64,000 nucleotides of DNA from Eledone cirrhosa (lineage: Eukaryota): assembly GCA_964016885.1 (NCBI GenBank), contig OZ024743.1, positions 367,722,001-367,786,000 on the forward strand, written 5' to 3'. Below are positions 1 through 13,265 of this stretch, in pieces. Both the position numbers and the translations under genes were made by a program. The notes beneath the pieces are model-generated. The model did not search any database and had not been told where the DNA came from. It saw only the letters and a program-made list of their open reading frames with translations. Every line of letters begins with the position of its first letter. The stretch's first letter is position 1.

Positions 1-282
1 TCCAGGTAGAGTCGCTACTTCTCTGAATAGAGAGAACACCGCTCCAATACTATCGGCATGTGGTTAGAATATTTCAAGAAAGAATCGATGGATAGATTTT
101 AAGGGCAAAACCAACTGGCAGGAGACCCAAGGGTAGACCCTGAGCAAGATTGTTGGATAACATCCATGAGCTTGGCTGATCCAGCCGGATTAGTTGGACA
201 CTGTTGCTTCTGACAGGACCCGCTGGAAGAAGTATTTGAGGTCTCTGCCTCCACGATCATCTCAGGAATAAGTGGCCGAAGA
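1..282 (+). mobile_element. Decayed 3' end of an RTE-like LINE
   Basis: Remnant translation includes ...KPTGRRPKGRP..., the typical RTE C-terminal basic GRP motif, ending in a short (GAA)n tail before (TA)n. Confidence 0.45.
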
Positions 283-1368
283 AGAATATATATATATATA
301 TATTTTACATATATTGTGTGGGTGTAAGAGACAAATAAAAAAATATGTACGATGTGCTATCAAACTTTTCTAGTCTCCAAAAGTATGTTATGGACCATAA
401 GAAACTATAATTTAAAATTGTAGAAGCAGCAAAAATATATTAGAGGCAGATAAATACATGATGTTTTTAGAAGAAATAAAAGGAAGTAAGTTCTTCCGGT
501 AGTTAGAAGTGTTATTTCTATTTTCGTTATTTCTATTTTCGGCAAACTATTTGAGATCATATTTCTTCCCAGGTAAAGCTGTGGTTCTTTTGAAGTACAC
601 TTCCATACAAGGCAAGCCGAGACATGAAATATGCACAACTTCTGAAAAGTTATCAAACTATGAAAAAGAATATTCGAAATAAGAAGAATGAATGAAATAA
701 CCAATCGGATTTGAAATAAATGAATATATAAATATATTGATTTCTTATATCGTCACTCGAATAATTTATTTACATTAACATAAAGTCAGACGTAAATGAG
801 GAAGGGGAAGGTGAAATTTAAATAAATGTCTGATATTTTAAGGTAAACAAAATATACGTGAATGAAAACATTCACGCGTGAACATAAGCAACCATTATAA
901 TTGAACAAACGAAAGGACACGATTAAAATATTCCAGTTACCTCTCGTTAGTCGAGAGATTTAGTTAGAATGAGTTATATACCTCAGTAATTATAATCAGA
1001 TATTGTGAACGGGGAATTTGATGATACTTAAGTTATAAATTAACCCCTTAATGACGACATAGAAAGAATAAATAATAAAACAACGAGATATTTTCTATTT
1101 TGATGTATTTTTGATGATGGGACCCCATAGACACACGACTTGAAAGTCACTAGCGTATGATTACAACTGCTATTTAATGTATCGCCAGAAGATGTAGTTA
1201 ATAACCAAATCAATAACGTATATTATATAAGCAACAACAAAAACTGACAACAGTGTAACATAATCACTGACGTCGTCTCCTCTGGTGACTGACAGTTGCT
1301 GACACGGTCGAGCAGACGCTAGAATGATCGACTGGAAATACTATTAAGAAAGATAGAAAGACACTCAC

Positions 1369-1881
1369 CCAAACAGAACTAAAATACTGGATGACATTGT
1401 ACAGAAAGGAAAAAAAGTTGTAAATCCATGAAAAGATAGAATCGATCGGTCCAAAATAGTACAACAAATTCAGGCAGGGTAATCCAACAGCTCCAACTAT
1501 AATTAACTTGAAGTGTTTTATTAAAGTAGTGCTGATAATTTCAGAAATATCATTGACAGATTTGATCGGAATAAGGACCACTCCGGCAGCAAAAGGGGTA
1601 CCGGACTCATGTAATCCCTGAAGCCAACTCCTCAAGACACTGGTCAGTGTTCGTTTGAATGGATATAAGAAGGTTCCACATAATACAGCCCATAACAAGG
1701 GTCTGAGAAAGGCCTGTAGGACAAAATAGACAGCCACTACTACCAAACTAGCGAATATAACGAAGAAGTTGGCCGCTGTGTTGTACAGAGCCTTCTTCAG
1801 TGCTTTTTCGTGACCCTGTGGAAGTATCTGAAACACATTATCGAAAGAAGATCGAAAGTATTCAAACGACGGTGAAGCCAT
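1369..1881 (-). CDS. TMEM245: First coding exon of transmembrane protein 245; gene continues beyond the left edge of the window
   Basis: Translation ...ALKKALYNTAANFFV...VYFVLQAFLRPLLWAVLCGTFLYPFKR... matches the conserved TMEM245 N-terminal segment (AFYNTGA...FLRPLLWAVLCGTFLHPFK) as I recall it. ATG at 1881; GTGAGT donor right after ...SSVW (intron starts 1368); 513 nt, phase 0. Confidence 0.9.
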
Positions 1882-4005
1882 GTTCTTCTACTGTTGCTGG
1901 GGAAGTTATTATACACAAACACGGTTGTCCCTTTCTGAACAATTACATTATAGTACTGGTAGCAATAGTGTGTGGCTGTGATCGGTGACTAAGAATTGGC
2001 GATGAGGCAGACTACAGAAACTGCATCAAGCTCCGGAGTAAATAACAACGGTGTCGTAAAAAAATCAATAGCTTTGTTTAGGTTGTTCCGCAGTGCGTTT
2101 TCTGTATAACATCTTATCAATTAATATTTGTTTTGCTTTTAACTAATATTAAACTTGAAATACAATTTTAGAATGCTTTAATCTACGCAAGAGCAACAGT
2201 TTTTATTTAAGCTTTATATAATATTTATTCCTCCTGGCAGACAACTCGGTAAATTTACAAATGCAACTGGTGTGATGAATTGATAGAAAGTTCTATAACT
2301 ACAGCTGTTAGATATTTTCTATAAAGTGTGTTGGATAAACGCTTATAACATGGAAATGATCCATAAACTTAGTCCTTCTCTACTTACTTCCTCCATCCAA
2401 CATGATTTTTGTATTTATTTTTTAACAAAACCTGAACAATGAAGTCATAAAATATATTAAATAAAAAATGTCAACAAACTCTGTAAACTCGGTAATATAC
2501 GAATATTTTAGACTACGCCCCAAAATAAAGGGTATCCAACTCATCAATACACTACAACCACATACCAAACATGCTGCTGCAGCTGCTCTCTCTCTTTCTC
2601 TCTCTCACATACACCGCTCTCTCTCTCTCTCCCTCCTTCTATTGCGGCTATTCTCTTTTGATGCACCATCTCTGCCAGTCGTCGTGACACTTCCCGTCTC
2701 CATCGTCCTCGTCAACTGTTAGCCCAGTAGAATCTTATTACTACAACAGTCATATAACATTCTTTCAGCCTAGGTGGGCCTACAGGTAGCATAAAAGTAA
2801 CTTCTCTCCCACGAATAAAAAAATTTGTTTTGTTTTTCTCTCTAAAAAACTAAATTTTATTGATTCAAAATTTCATATTCAATTGCTTGTATTAAAATAC
2901 AAGGAAAGAGAAAAAAGATGGGAAGTAAAAAAAATAAATAAAAGGGTAAAGTTATAGAAAAACACCTATTGGGGTTCGCTAAGGTTTTTTTTTTTTCTTG
3001 TCTCTTTTTTTTTTTTTTTCATTTTTCAACTAAACGGACCTCTGACATGCTTGCAAACAACTTATTTTTTCCTAAAACGGATTTGGGGGACCCTTGGATT
3101 TTTCCAACCTTATTTTTTTTTCTTTTTTCTTATCTAGGTTTTTTCATTTGTTTTCAACCGATCTGACATCTGATTAACTCACCAACCACTCCTTTTTCCT
3201 AAAACTGAAGTGAGGAAAGGGGACCCTCAGAGTTACAGTTAAGCATCTCTCAGCCATTTAAATTTATAGAATAGCACCCGAAACAAAGTCGATTGCGAAC
3301 ATGTCGGAGGTCAGATATTAGTTGAAAAAAATATTTCTTAGCGATCCTCAGCGGGTGCTTTTCTATAAATTCAAACGACCGAGAGGTGCTTATCTTTAAC
3401 TTCTGTGATACCCCTCCTTCTCCACTGCTGTTATCAGAAAAAGGAGTCATTGGTGAGTGAGTTGGATGTTAGATCAGTTAAAAACAATCGAAAAAACAAG
3501 ACAAATAAAAAAATTTTAACGAACCCCAGTGAGTGCTTTTCTATAAATTTAACAGAGGGAAAACTGGGGTGGGACAAACTACCCTTTTGGAAGGCTGGTA
3601 CATCTCAGCTGCATTCAGTAGGTAAAATGGTGAAAGCATTGCCAAAGAGAATAGCCAGCCATTCTACTTCATAGGGTTTCTTCACCTTCATCAGCTCTCA
3701 AACCAGCAAAAGTTGTTTCACTCAATTTTTTGAGAGCTGATGTGGGTGAAGATGTGTGTGTTTAAACTTGTCTTGTAATCACCTTTCTTTATTTCCTTCT
3801 TCCAGTCACTTCTGTGTGCCAGCGCACTTCTCTTTGTCCTCTTCCTCTTTCAATCTTTTCAATATTTCATCTGCCTGTCATCCACCTTGTGAATTGTCTC
3901 TCTGTTGACCACTGGCCGCAGGCCTCTGTCCGCTGAGGCACTTTTGCCCATTGCTGTTTTGACAGCATTTAACTGTTTCAACAGCTGTTTTATGTCTGTT
4001 TTTCC

Positions 4006-6085
4006 TTGCTTGCAAGAGTGGGACGGGTCCTCTTCAGTACAGCACCTCTCCATTTGTCACGGTCCTTTGTCGTCTCCTCTGTGAGCTTCAGTGATCTGAG
4101 GTCAGCTCTCACCACCTCCGCTTATGTTTTCCATGGTCTTCCTCTACTGCGTCTTCCTTCCACCGAGATTTCTTGGTACTTCTTCACTCAGTGGTCATCA
4201 TCCATGCACATCACATGGCCATGCCAATGCAGTCTTCTCTCCTGCACACTACAGTTTATTTCTCTTATATACAGTTTCTCTCACAACTCGTCTATGCTTG
4301 GTCGTTCACACACATTGACATTGCACATCCATCAGGGCATGCTTGCTTGATTTCTCTCCAGCCTTCGCATATCCTCCGCAGTTGCTGCCCATGTCTCAAC
4401 TACCATGCAGCATCGCACATTTCACACAGGCATCATACAACCGATCTTTCGTTCACAAGGAGAAACTCTTTGTTGTCAACAGAGAAAACAGCTCCCTAAA
4501 CTTCTTCCATCTTGTCCTTATTCTAGATACTATGGCCTCGGAGCATCCTCTTCCCTTGCTAATTTGATCACCTAGATATCAGAAGCTATCAACCACCTTT
4601 ATAGATCCTACCTGCATTTGGAAAATGTGCCTATCACTGACAATTTTACTATCTATTTTTCCTGAACATCTACTACATATGAAGTTTTCCTTTCCTGTTA
4701 GTTTGCCTGCTATCCCTTTACACTTCTTGTGTAACCAAGATTTGCATTGTGTACATTTTATAGAATTTATGCCAACTCCTTATCTACATATCGATCATGA
4801 CTATTTCTCTGATGGAATCAGAGTTTTGTCCTCTTTCCTACTTACGAATACTTTAGTCTTTGCTAAGTTTACTCTCAGTCCTCTTCATTCAAACTGCTGT
4901 TTCCACAGCCAGAATTTATTCTCTAGCTCCTCTACTAATTCTGCTGTAAGTACCAGATCATCAGCATAGAGAAGTTCCTATGGGCAGCCAGTCTTAAATT
5001 CCTCTATTATGGTTGGAGAACTATAATGATTAAAAGTGGGCTGAGGACCAAATCCTGATGAACTACTTATATCTGGAATTCCTCACTAAACTCCATTCCT
5101 ACCCTAACTTTACTGACAGCTCCTCTGTACATAGCTTGCACTGTCCTCACAAGCCATTCCTCTACATCTAGTTTCCTTAGGGACCACCAGATGACAGATC
5201 AAGGTACTCCATCAAAGGCCTTCTCTAGGTCAACGAAAGCTAAATATAGTGGCCTATTCTTCTCTAAGAACCTCTCTTGTAGTTTTAGAAATAGTTTAAG
5301 AGGATAGATAATAGGAGAGAGATATATGGATATATGTTGAGAATGTATGTATTTGTTTGTGTATTGTATCACTGAAGTCACCGTTGAAGCAGTTGAAAGC
5401 AATGTTGTGGAAAATAGCATCATACGACTTTATAATGTTTATAATATATAATTTATTTACAAAGATGAGAAGTTGAGTTAGCTGTGAGGTCACGTCATAA
5501 GAAATGAAATAAAACAAATTAAAATGCTGTAAAAGGAATATGCAGACCGGTGGCTGAAGTTAGAAGCCACAGCGCAGAGAATTCCGGTAGCTACATTTTG
5601 GAAAGTTTGTTGAGCAAAATCAAGAGATGTTTATCTTCTGGTGTTGAGATGCAAGAGAGAAAGTTTATCGAAAAGAAGCAGGAATTTTTCCCTCTGGGCG
5701 GAAGTCGAGATACATCTCCCTACGCTGGTAGCGATTAGCTGAACTGAGCCAAACAACGTATGGAGAATGTATCCATGAAGCCTCAGAATGTAGGTCACTA
5801 GATAGTTGTCTCACTAAGGAGAGTTCATCTGTTGTACTTTTCCTGGGCACAAAACCAAACTGCATCTCATCTAATTTAACCCTTTCTCTAATTAATTGTG
5901 TTAGCACTCCTAGTGTCACTTTCATAACTTGATCCATCAGTTTTATGCCCTTATAATTGCTCTTCTCCAGAGCATCCCCCTTACAATTAACAAGAATATT
6001 GCTGCACCAGTCTTTGGGTATGACTCCGCCATATATTACTTGATTGACTATGTGTGTAACTTCTGATGCCCATTGGCCCTACCAC
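4006..6085 (-). mobile_element. 5'-truncated RTE LINE (RT, PHD remnant, C-terminus) interrupted by an insertion at 5285-5802
   Basis: Minus-strand motifs MQFGFVPRKSTTD, LYLAFVDLEKAFD and LLYADD; collinear with the RTE copy at 47155-50400. Confidence 0.9.
5285..5802. mobile_element. 518-bp unclassified insertion (possible solo LTR) within the RTE RT
   Basis: RTE sequence breaks at TAGTT (5280-5284) and resumes at TAGTT (5803-5807), giving a 5-bp TSD relative to the intact copy near 48480. Termini are not canonical TG..CA. Confidence 0.65.
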
Positions 6086-6292
6086 TTTTCATCTCTTTAA
6101 TTGCTTCTTAGACCCTATAGTTGTCTGCCTCAATGAGCACAAAATACAAATATAAAATATATATATGTGTGTGTGTATATATATATATATAGTGAAAAAT
6201 TGAACGGGAACAAAACAGAGAGGCAGTACGAACAAAGGTTTATTAGTTTCACGCTCTTGAGAGTGGGGTGGTGATATATATATGTATATATA

Positions 6293-7184
6293 TGAGGGTC
6301 GGCTGAAAAGTTCATAGCTTGACCAAGATACTCTCATGGAATGTGACCAAATGAGGTTTATTTTTCAAAATAGTCCTCCTTGCAGTTCACACACTTCTAT
6401 CGGTGTTACAGTTCTTGGATCCCATTGGTAAAAAAAATCATTAACAGCAGATATGATGTCATCATCACTGTGATACTGGTTCCTAGCCAAGTGTTTTATC
6501 ATGTTGGGGAAGAGATGATAGTCAGATGGGGCCAAATCACTCATCCTGGGTTAGGAAACATTCAAGGAAACCAGCTGAATCTGCCTCAAAAAATATCAGA
6601 TTTTGCCATGATGTGATCAGCCTGGTGTGCTTTTGATCAGGTGTCAGAAGACGTGGCACCCTCCAAGAAACCATCATCATGCCAAGGTCATAGTGCAAAA
6701 TAGTCTCAACTCTCTTACAGGATATGCTTATAGCATTGGCTATTTGATTTATAGACAATTGCCTGTCATGCATCACCATGTAGTGAACACGATCAACATT
6801 TTCCTCAGTGGTGGTAGTTGCAAGACTTTGGGTGGTCTTTAAGACTCTCCCTTCCCCTCCTAAATTCAGCTGCCCACTTTTGCACTGTTGATAAAGCTGG
6901 AGCGTCATCTTCTAATGTAGCAACCATGTCAGCATGAATGTCCTTGGAGGCTAAACCCTTTTTCTGCTGGTACTTCATAACACCACGATGCCAAATTGTG
7001 TTCATTTTCAAGAGAAGTTGCCACTAATTACTCTTGAAGTCTTCATAGAACAGTCAGATGTCAGTTTACTTGGAAAGAAACAATGCAGTTATTATTAAGA
7101 AGAGTTGAAATTAATGCAGGCAAAATTCCACAGCTCTAGAATCACTCCTTCATAGTCAGTCTATGAATTTTTCAGCTCACCCTC

Positions 7185-7185
<1 letters not shown>
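6293..7185 (-). mobile_element. Internally deleted mariner (DD34D-type) transposon
   Basis: TA-flanked TIRs TGAGGGTCGGCTGAAAAGTTCATAG / CTATGAATTTTTCAGCTCACCCTCA. Transposase remnants include DIHADMVATL..APALSTVQKWAAEF and RVPRLLTPDQK, with FLTQDE joined directly to DLAPSDYHLFP. Confidence 0.92.
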
Positions 7186-7216
<31 letters not shown>

Positions 7217-7959
7217 TGAAATAATGCGGGGGAGTGTTGAAGCTTGGTAGGTATACCTACATTTGGATCTTCCACCCAAGATATTCCTTATAAGTCTCCA
7301 TCTGCATCCCTCCCGCCTTTTTGATCCCATCTCATTTTTTAACTTACACTCACCCTCCCTCAATTCTTGCTGTGCCATAGTAATCAATTAACCTAGGAAT
7401 GATATAGGAACCATCTAAAAATCTTTATACTCTGGTGCTCCTCAGTCGATTCTTCTAATCACTGCATAATGTCCACCTACATAACAAGGGATAGCTTTAG
7501 TTCTGTTTGTATTCTATCCTGTCCCATTTGCCATGAACCTTATCAGTCTACTCTCTCTCTCTTTCATCACATCACATAAGTATGAGGGAATGCATCAGAT
7601 CTATTGTATCTCATACATCTGTCTGCCACCCTCTCTATGCTGTCATCAGCTACACTGTTTCTCTCCCAAACTACTTCTCTTTGACATAAAACATTTTCAC
7701 CTACACCAATCATTCACTCTTTCTTCCTCCCACTATACTACATCCCCTTCCCATTACTTCCCCCCTCCTCCCCATTGCTACCACCTCACTCTAATTCATT
7801 CTATCTCTCCTACTATACCCTCACACCTCTCAGCCACTCACTCTCACACTTTTATTATTGCTCATTCTGGGTCATGTTGCTTTGATTGATTAGAGACAAC
7901 ATAGGTAGTGACTATTCTTTAGTCTTACAAGTCCCAAGGTAAACTCATGAGTGCTGATG

Positions 7960-8150
7960 CCTGATAAAATGTGCCCAGTACACTCTGTAAAGTCACTGAT
8001 GTTAGGAAGGGCATCCAGTGAATGAAACCATTTTAAAAATAGAACATATGAGCATGAGTAAGAGGGAGTTCTCTGACTCATCTGGTCTAGCACTATGATG
8101 ACCTGCCCAACCCATGCCAGTATAGAAAGTTGGCATGAAATGATGATGAG
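7960..8150 (+). mobile_element. SINE or RTE 3' fragment (cephalopod SINE-type 3' region)
   Basis: GCCCAGTACACTCTGTAAAG..GTTAGGAAGGGCATCCAG..CCCATGCCAG motif string ending in (TGA)n. Confidence 0.65.
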
Positions 8151-8254
8151 GATCATACACAGACACACACATGCATACACGCATACACAATGTTAACACA
8201 CACACATATATAAACTCCATATAATGTATACAATGTAAATCTTGGGTACACAAG

Positions 8255-9010
8255 AGATTAGTGGGATAACAAGTAGACTAACAGTAAGGGAAGACTTTGT
8301 TTGTAGAAGATGCATAGGTATAACTGAGGGAGAGACAGCCAGGGATGTAAACCTATTCCAGTCACAGGAAGGACCCATGGAAGTGGTTGATAGATTCTGC
8401 TATCTAGGTGACTTAATTAGCAATAGAGGAGGGTGCTCTGAGAGAATAATAACTAGAATAAGGATAGGATGGAAGAAGTTTAGAGAACTGCTCCCACTGC
8501 TGACAACAAAAGGTTTCTACCTATGTACAAAAGGATGACTGTATGATGCCTCGATGTGAAGTGCAATGCTGCATGGTAGTGAAACATGGGCTATGACTGC
8601 AGAGGACATGCGTAGACTGGAGAGAAATGAAGCAATCATGCTTCATTAGATGTGCAATGTAAGTGTGAGAGAAAGGCAGAGTTTGGATGAGTTGAGGGAG
8701 AAGCTGGGTTTAAGAGGAATTCGAGGTGGTGTGCAGGAGAGAAGACTGCGTTGATATGGACATGTGTTGCACATCGACAATGATTGTTAGGTGGAGAAAT
8801 GCAAGGACATGCCAGTGGAAGGAAGCCACAATAGAGGAAGACCAAAAAAGACCTGGGCAGAGGTTGTGCAAGCTGACCTTAAACCACTGAGATTTATAGA
8901 GAAGATGACAAAGGAACATGATGTGTGGGGAAATGCTATACTAAGAAGGACCCGTCTAACCCATGTAATTGTGGAAAAACAGATGTAAAAATAATGATGA
9001 TGATGTTGAT
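8255..9010 (+). mobile_element. RTE LINE 3' fragment
   Basis: EVVDRFCYLG...RIRIGWKKFRELLPLL, GSETWA and GRPKKTW motifs; (TGA)n tail. Confidence 0.88.
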
Positions 9011-9011
9011 G

Positions 9012-9071
<60 letters not shown>

Positions 9072-9243
9072 TGCTAAATTGCTAAAACAAATAAAGATGT
9101 GGTTTCTGAGAAAGTACAGACACACACCATATCAAAGCTCAAGGATAAATTCCGAGCTCTTAATAATAAAAATTCAAGAGCGAATGACATATATAGAAAT
9201 ATATCAAATAATAAACAGGAGATAATTTTCAAAGAATATAAAA

Positions 9244-9420
9244 ACAGCTAACAACTGATGAAGATAGTTTGTTCCATGCTTCAGCAACTCTGAGCATGAA
9301 AAAGTGTTTCCAAAAGTCATGGGAGTTGTGCTGTTTTCTGATTTTGTAAGCATGTCCATGGGTTGCTCAGGGTTGTTGTTAGAAAGATGGTTAATAATCT
9401 GTTGGGTGTCTACCAAGACA
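9244..9420 (-). mobile_element. CR1-type LINE 3' fragment
   Basis: Near-identical to about 14097-14268 and homologous to about 31790-31980. Confidence 0.8.
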
Positions 9421-10199
9421 TTAAATACCTATTTTACTCTCATAGATAATTCCTTAATGGCTACAGACTCATGTTTAACCTTTGGAATGGTTAAGCTCAA
9501 TGTTTAGTTAGGATCATTAGCTTGATATATATAGTTTCAACATATTTAATGCAGTGAGAGTGAAAACCTTACCAGATATACTTGAATATAAGCCGGGCCA
9601 AATATTAACTGGCCCCTATTATATGTCTGAGAAATAGTCAAAAATCTAAGCCCCATTTATAAGCTGAGGCAGGTAATTAACACATTATGTTTAGATGGTG
9701 TGGTTTTGAAAATTTCATGAGTGGAGAATATATTTATGAAATTTTGATATTTTTATATTTAAAATGTTTCAAGTGTCGTTTAGAGTATAGCTTTTGTTTC
9801 ACAACTCCATTACATGATTTTTTTACCAATTTAAACTGTTTTGAAACCCGTATTCATTTAAAACATATAAAAAACAATAGGAAATAAGAATTTCATGTTG
9901 AAAGTGAACCCTGCAAAGTGAAAATATTTTAGTACCTTATTTATTCAGAATTTTGAAGTTGGTGAAAATTGTTTCCACCCCTATTTTACCTATTTCTTGG
10001 CTTATATACAAGTATAAGCATGTATGGTCCCATGACTCTTGAGGGAGTCATTAGGAGTGCCGTATTAACATATCTCATTTCTAGGGCACTTTTTAAAACC
10101 TGGCAGAGAACAATACTTTCCAGGTCTGATTACAGCAGATTTCTTCCAGAGAAGGATAGAGAGAGTAAGAGACTGGAAGTGAGAAAGAGATATAGAGGA

Positions 10200-10345
10200 A
10201 GAATTGACCCCAGTACTAGACTGGTACTTTTTTTTATTGACCATGAGTGGATGAAAGGCAAAGTTGACCTCAGCAGGATTTGAACTCAGAGAGCAGAGAG
10301 CTGAAATTAATACTACAAAGCATTCTATCCAACATTGTAGCGAGG
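10200..10345 (-). mobile_element. tRNA-derived SINE fragment
   Basis: Minus strand GAGTTCAAATCCTGCTGAGGTCAACTTTGCCTTTCATCC (B-box plus conserved core), same family as 32825-33011. Confidence 0.75.
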
Positions 10346-10706
10346 AGACATGGAATAAGGAGCAAGCAAAACAAAAGGTACATAAATTACAATGGTTGCA
10401 ACAGAAACAAAGTATGAAATAAACATGCAGAAAAAATGTAACTGGAACAATACAAGTAAAAGTATATACAATAGTTAAAAATAATTATGCAGTGAGGAAA
10501 AGACAGTATCAGCTCAATGACTAATATTATTTTAACCTTTTTGGCAAGTATTAGATCTTGCAGTCATAGTCATAGGTTGTAGTGTGTTGAGAGTAAGTGA
10601 AGGTTATAGTAACAGTAGAAGAGAGGCGGTGGTGGTGTGTTCATTATTAAAGTGGTAGAATAGAGACAGAGAGATGTTGCAATCAATTAAATGACTTTTG
10701 GCTGTA

Positions 10707-10891
10707 TGTGGGTTGGCTGAAAAGTTCAAAGGCTGACTATGAACGAGTGATGCTAGAGCTGTGAAATCTTGCATGAATTAATTTTAATAACTGTGTTGTA
10801 TCTTTCCAAGGACTATTTTGAAAAATAAACCTCATTTGGTCCTTCCATGAGAGTATCTTGGTCAGCCTATGAACTTTTCAGCCAACTCTCA
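10707..10891 (+). mobile_element. Mariner-derived MITE, a deletion derivative of the 6293-7185 family
   Basis: Same TIR sequence flanked by TA; both subterminal regions match the two ends of the 6293-7185 element in opposite orientation. Confidence 0.88.
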
Positions 10892-10973
10892 TATATGTAA
10901 CAGTTATTAAATGTAATAGTCAATAGATGTGATAAAGAAATGAAAATGACTTTGCTCTACCTAGGTTCTAATA

Positions 10974-11327
10974 CAAGGGCATGCAACAGGCGGCCCGCGG
11001 GCCACAATCCGGCCCACCAGACCAGTCAGAGTGGCCCGTGCTGACCATTTAAAATGTTTAGCTTGTAGACATATTTAGAATGTTTTCGTAACTGTAATAC
11101 AATTTTCTGTTAGTTGACCTATACTAGGCTTCACTGATAGGGTTATATGTGTCATAATTTCCCAGTTCCTTGTTATTTGTCTTTATTGTTTAAAAATATA
11201 TTCACAATGTATTTATGACTCAATTCACTGGTTTTCATTAGATTACATATTTTTGACAGTGACTGGCCCTAATAGTTGTTCCAATGTTCAAAAGAGGCCC
11301 ACCAATGGAATATGTTAAACACTCCTG
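10974..11327. mobile_element. hAT-type non-autonomous element
   Basis: Perfect 8-bp TSD TTCTAATA (10966-10973 and 11328-11335); CA..TG termini; GGCCC-rich subterminal motifs. Confidence 0.85.
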
Positions 11328-11397
11328 TTCTAATAGTTGTTTTGCTATGAAAGTCTAGCCAGATTACTAGCTTCTACATTTTTATTCAGCCCGTTCA

Positions 11398-12270
11398 TCA
11401 TCATCATCATCATCGTTTAACGTCCATCTTCCACGCCTGCATGGGTTTGGATGGGAATTTTCCCACTTGAGGCAAGATTGGTTGTCTTGCTCGTATAGGA
11501 CTGTCTGGCGGGTTTTCTACGGCTGGATGCCCTTCCTAACACCAACCACGTTTACAGTGTGGACTGGGAGGTTTTTACCGTGTTACCTACACGGCCACAT
11601 TACAGCGTGGACTGTGTGTTTTTTTGTTGTGACACCTACATGAGCTCATTTATTTCGGACTGGATGTTGGGGTACCAACATAACTTTACATCAAAGGGGT
11701 GGTGTGGATGGGGTGGGGGTAGTGGGATGGGGGTGTATTTTTGTTAGAGGTACCTACAGACTGTATGTTTCGCTTTGTACTTAGGCAAGGCGGGTCTTCT
11801 GTATTACTGTGTAGCGCCAAAGATCTCGGTCCAGTGACATTGTCTTGGAGAGGTGTAAGTGTGTGAGGTCGGAATTTATCAAGTCGTCCCAGGTTTTTCT
11901 GGGTCTGCCTACTCCGTGGCTACCGTCTATTTTTATCGCCCTGCACTTTTTTATACAGCTGTCGTCTTTCATGCGCATCACGTGACCATACCAACGTAGT
12001 CTTCTCTCGAGTAAACAGCATCTGATCCCTCTTATTCCTAATTTATCACTTAGTTCATTTATGCTTTGCCGTTCACGTATATTACTATTACACATCCAGC
12101 GGAGCATGCAAGCTTCGTTTCTCTCCAGTCTGCGTATATCCTCTGCACACAATGCCCAAGTCTCACTGCCATGTAACATTGCTGTTCGTATGCAGGCATC
12201 ATACAGCCTGCCTTTCATTTTTAGAGAGAACTCTTTAGCAGCCAATAGTGGTATAAGCTCTCTGAACTTA
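11398..12270 (-). mobile_element. RTE LINE 3' fragment with long 3' UTR
   Basis: ORF 11781-12284 (KFRELIPLL..GSETWA..LRWYGHVMRM..GRPRKTW); (TGA)n tail; close relative of 41857-43352. Confidence 0.9.
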
Positions 12271-13084
12271 TAGGTAATTGTCAAAACTGAATTTCCCTCA
12301 ACTCTTTAGTATAGTGACTACATATTTAAAGTCCTTAATCTGAAGATCAAATCTAACCACAAAAGTACAGTTTGTTGTGGCATCTAGTCAACAACAATGA
12401 CATCACCTTTATCACCCTCATCATCAACAAAAATAAAGGAGCTTTATGTGATCACTCAGTCTACTAGGTGCACCAGCTCAAATCTCCTTCAAATAAACAA
12501 CATATTGTTTATAATAGTCTTCGATACACTATGACTAAAAAAAAAAAAGATAAGGGTGTAATGGCTAGAATGCATTTGATTGAAAGTCATTTTGATCAAG
12601 GTTGACTTGAAACTAAATAACTAAATATTTTGTATTATTTCCCACTAATACATCACTCCCTGCTTCAAAGAACTGGATAGCCATGGCTAGAACACCTTTA
12701 ATCAAAGGTCTGCTTAATTCAGACTGACTGGGGGAGGGGGTGTAAACTACAACAACAGCACCACTCAGTTGAACATGCTGACTATACACTAATGCAACCT
12801 CACTTTATTTTGTGTCATCTGCCTCACCATTCATTACTCCTACAGTCACCCCTCCCCTAGCCCCAAATTATATAACTTTCCTTCTATGACTGTAGGAACT
12901 CTTTTCTGGTCTATGTTTTTCCTCAATCTATAGATTTTGGAAAGAATCAATGGAACAATAACCATCCCCTTAACACTAACTTAGGAAGGCTTGGAAAGGT
13001 TTTGAACACTGTCCTTACTTCTGAATCTAATAAAAAATACCATCAGCCTGAGACACATTATTGAATAAAATTAAAATGGTTTCT

Positions 13085-13265
13085 AACATAGGCACAAGGC
13101 CAGAATTTTTTTTTTTTCTCCAGGGTCAATTATATCAACCCCCAGTGCTTGACTGGTACTATATTTTATTGACCCCAAAAAGATGAAAGTTGGATTTGAA
13201 CTCAGAATGTAGAAGGTTGTAAAGCAGTTCATCCAATGCTCTACCAATACCGGAAATCCACTGCC
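13085..13265 (-). mobile_element. tRNA-derived SINE, decayed
   Basis: GAGTTCAAATCC B-box, core remnant and CTTGTGCCTA 3' motif as in 32825-33011. Confidence 0.65.

Noticed and set aside
1264-1368. C-terminal 34 aa of the 205-aa ORF as part of TMEM245
   Set aside because: Lies beyond a strong GTGAGT donor; intronic read-through.
3679-3702. Hammerhead at the minus-strand CTGATGA
   Set aside because: No stem II followed by a properly placed GAAA and no stem I.
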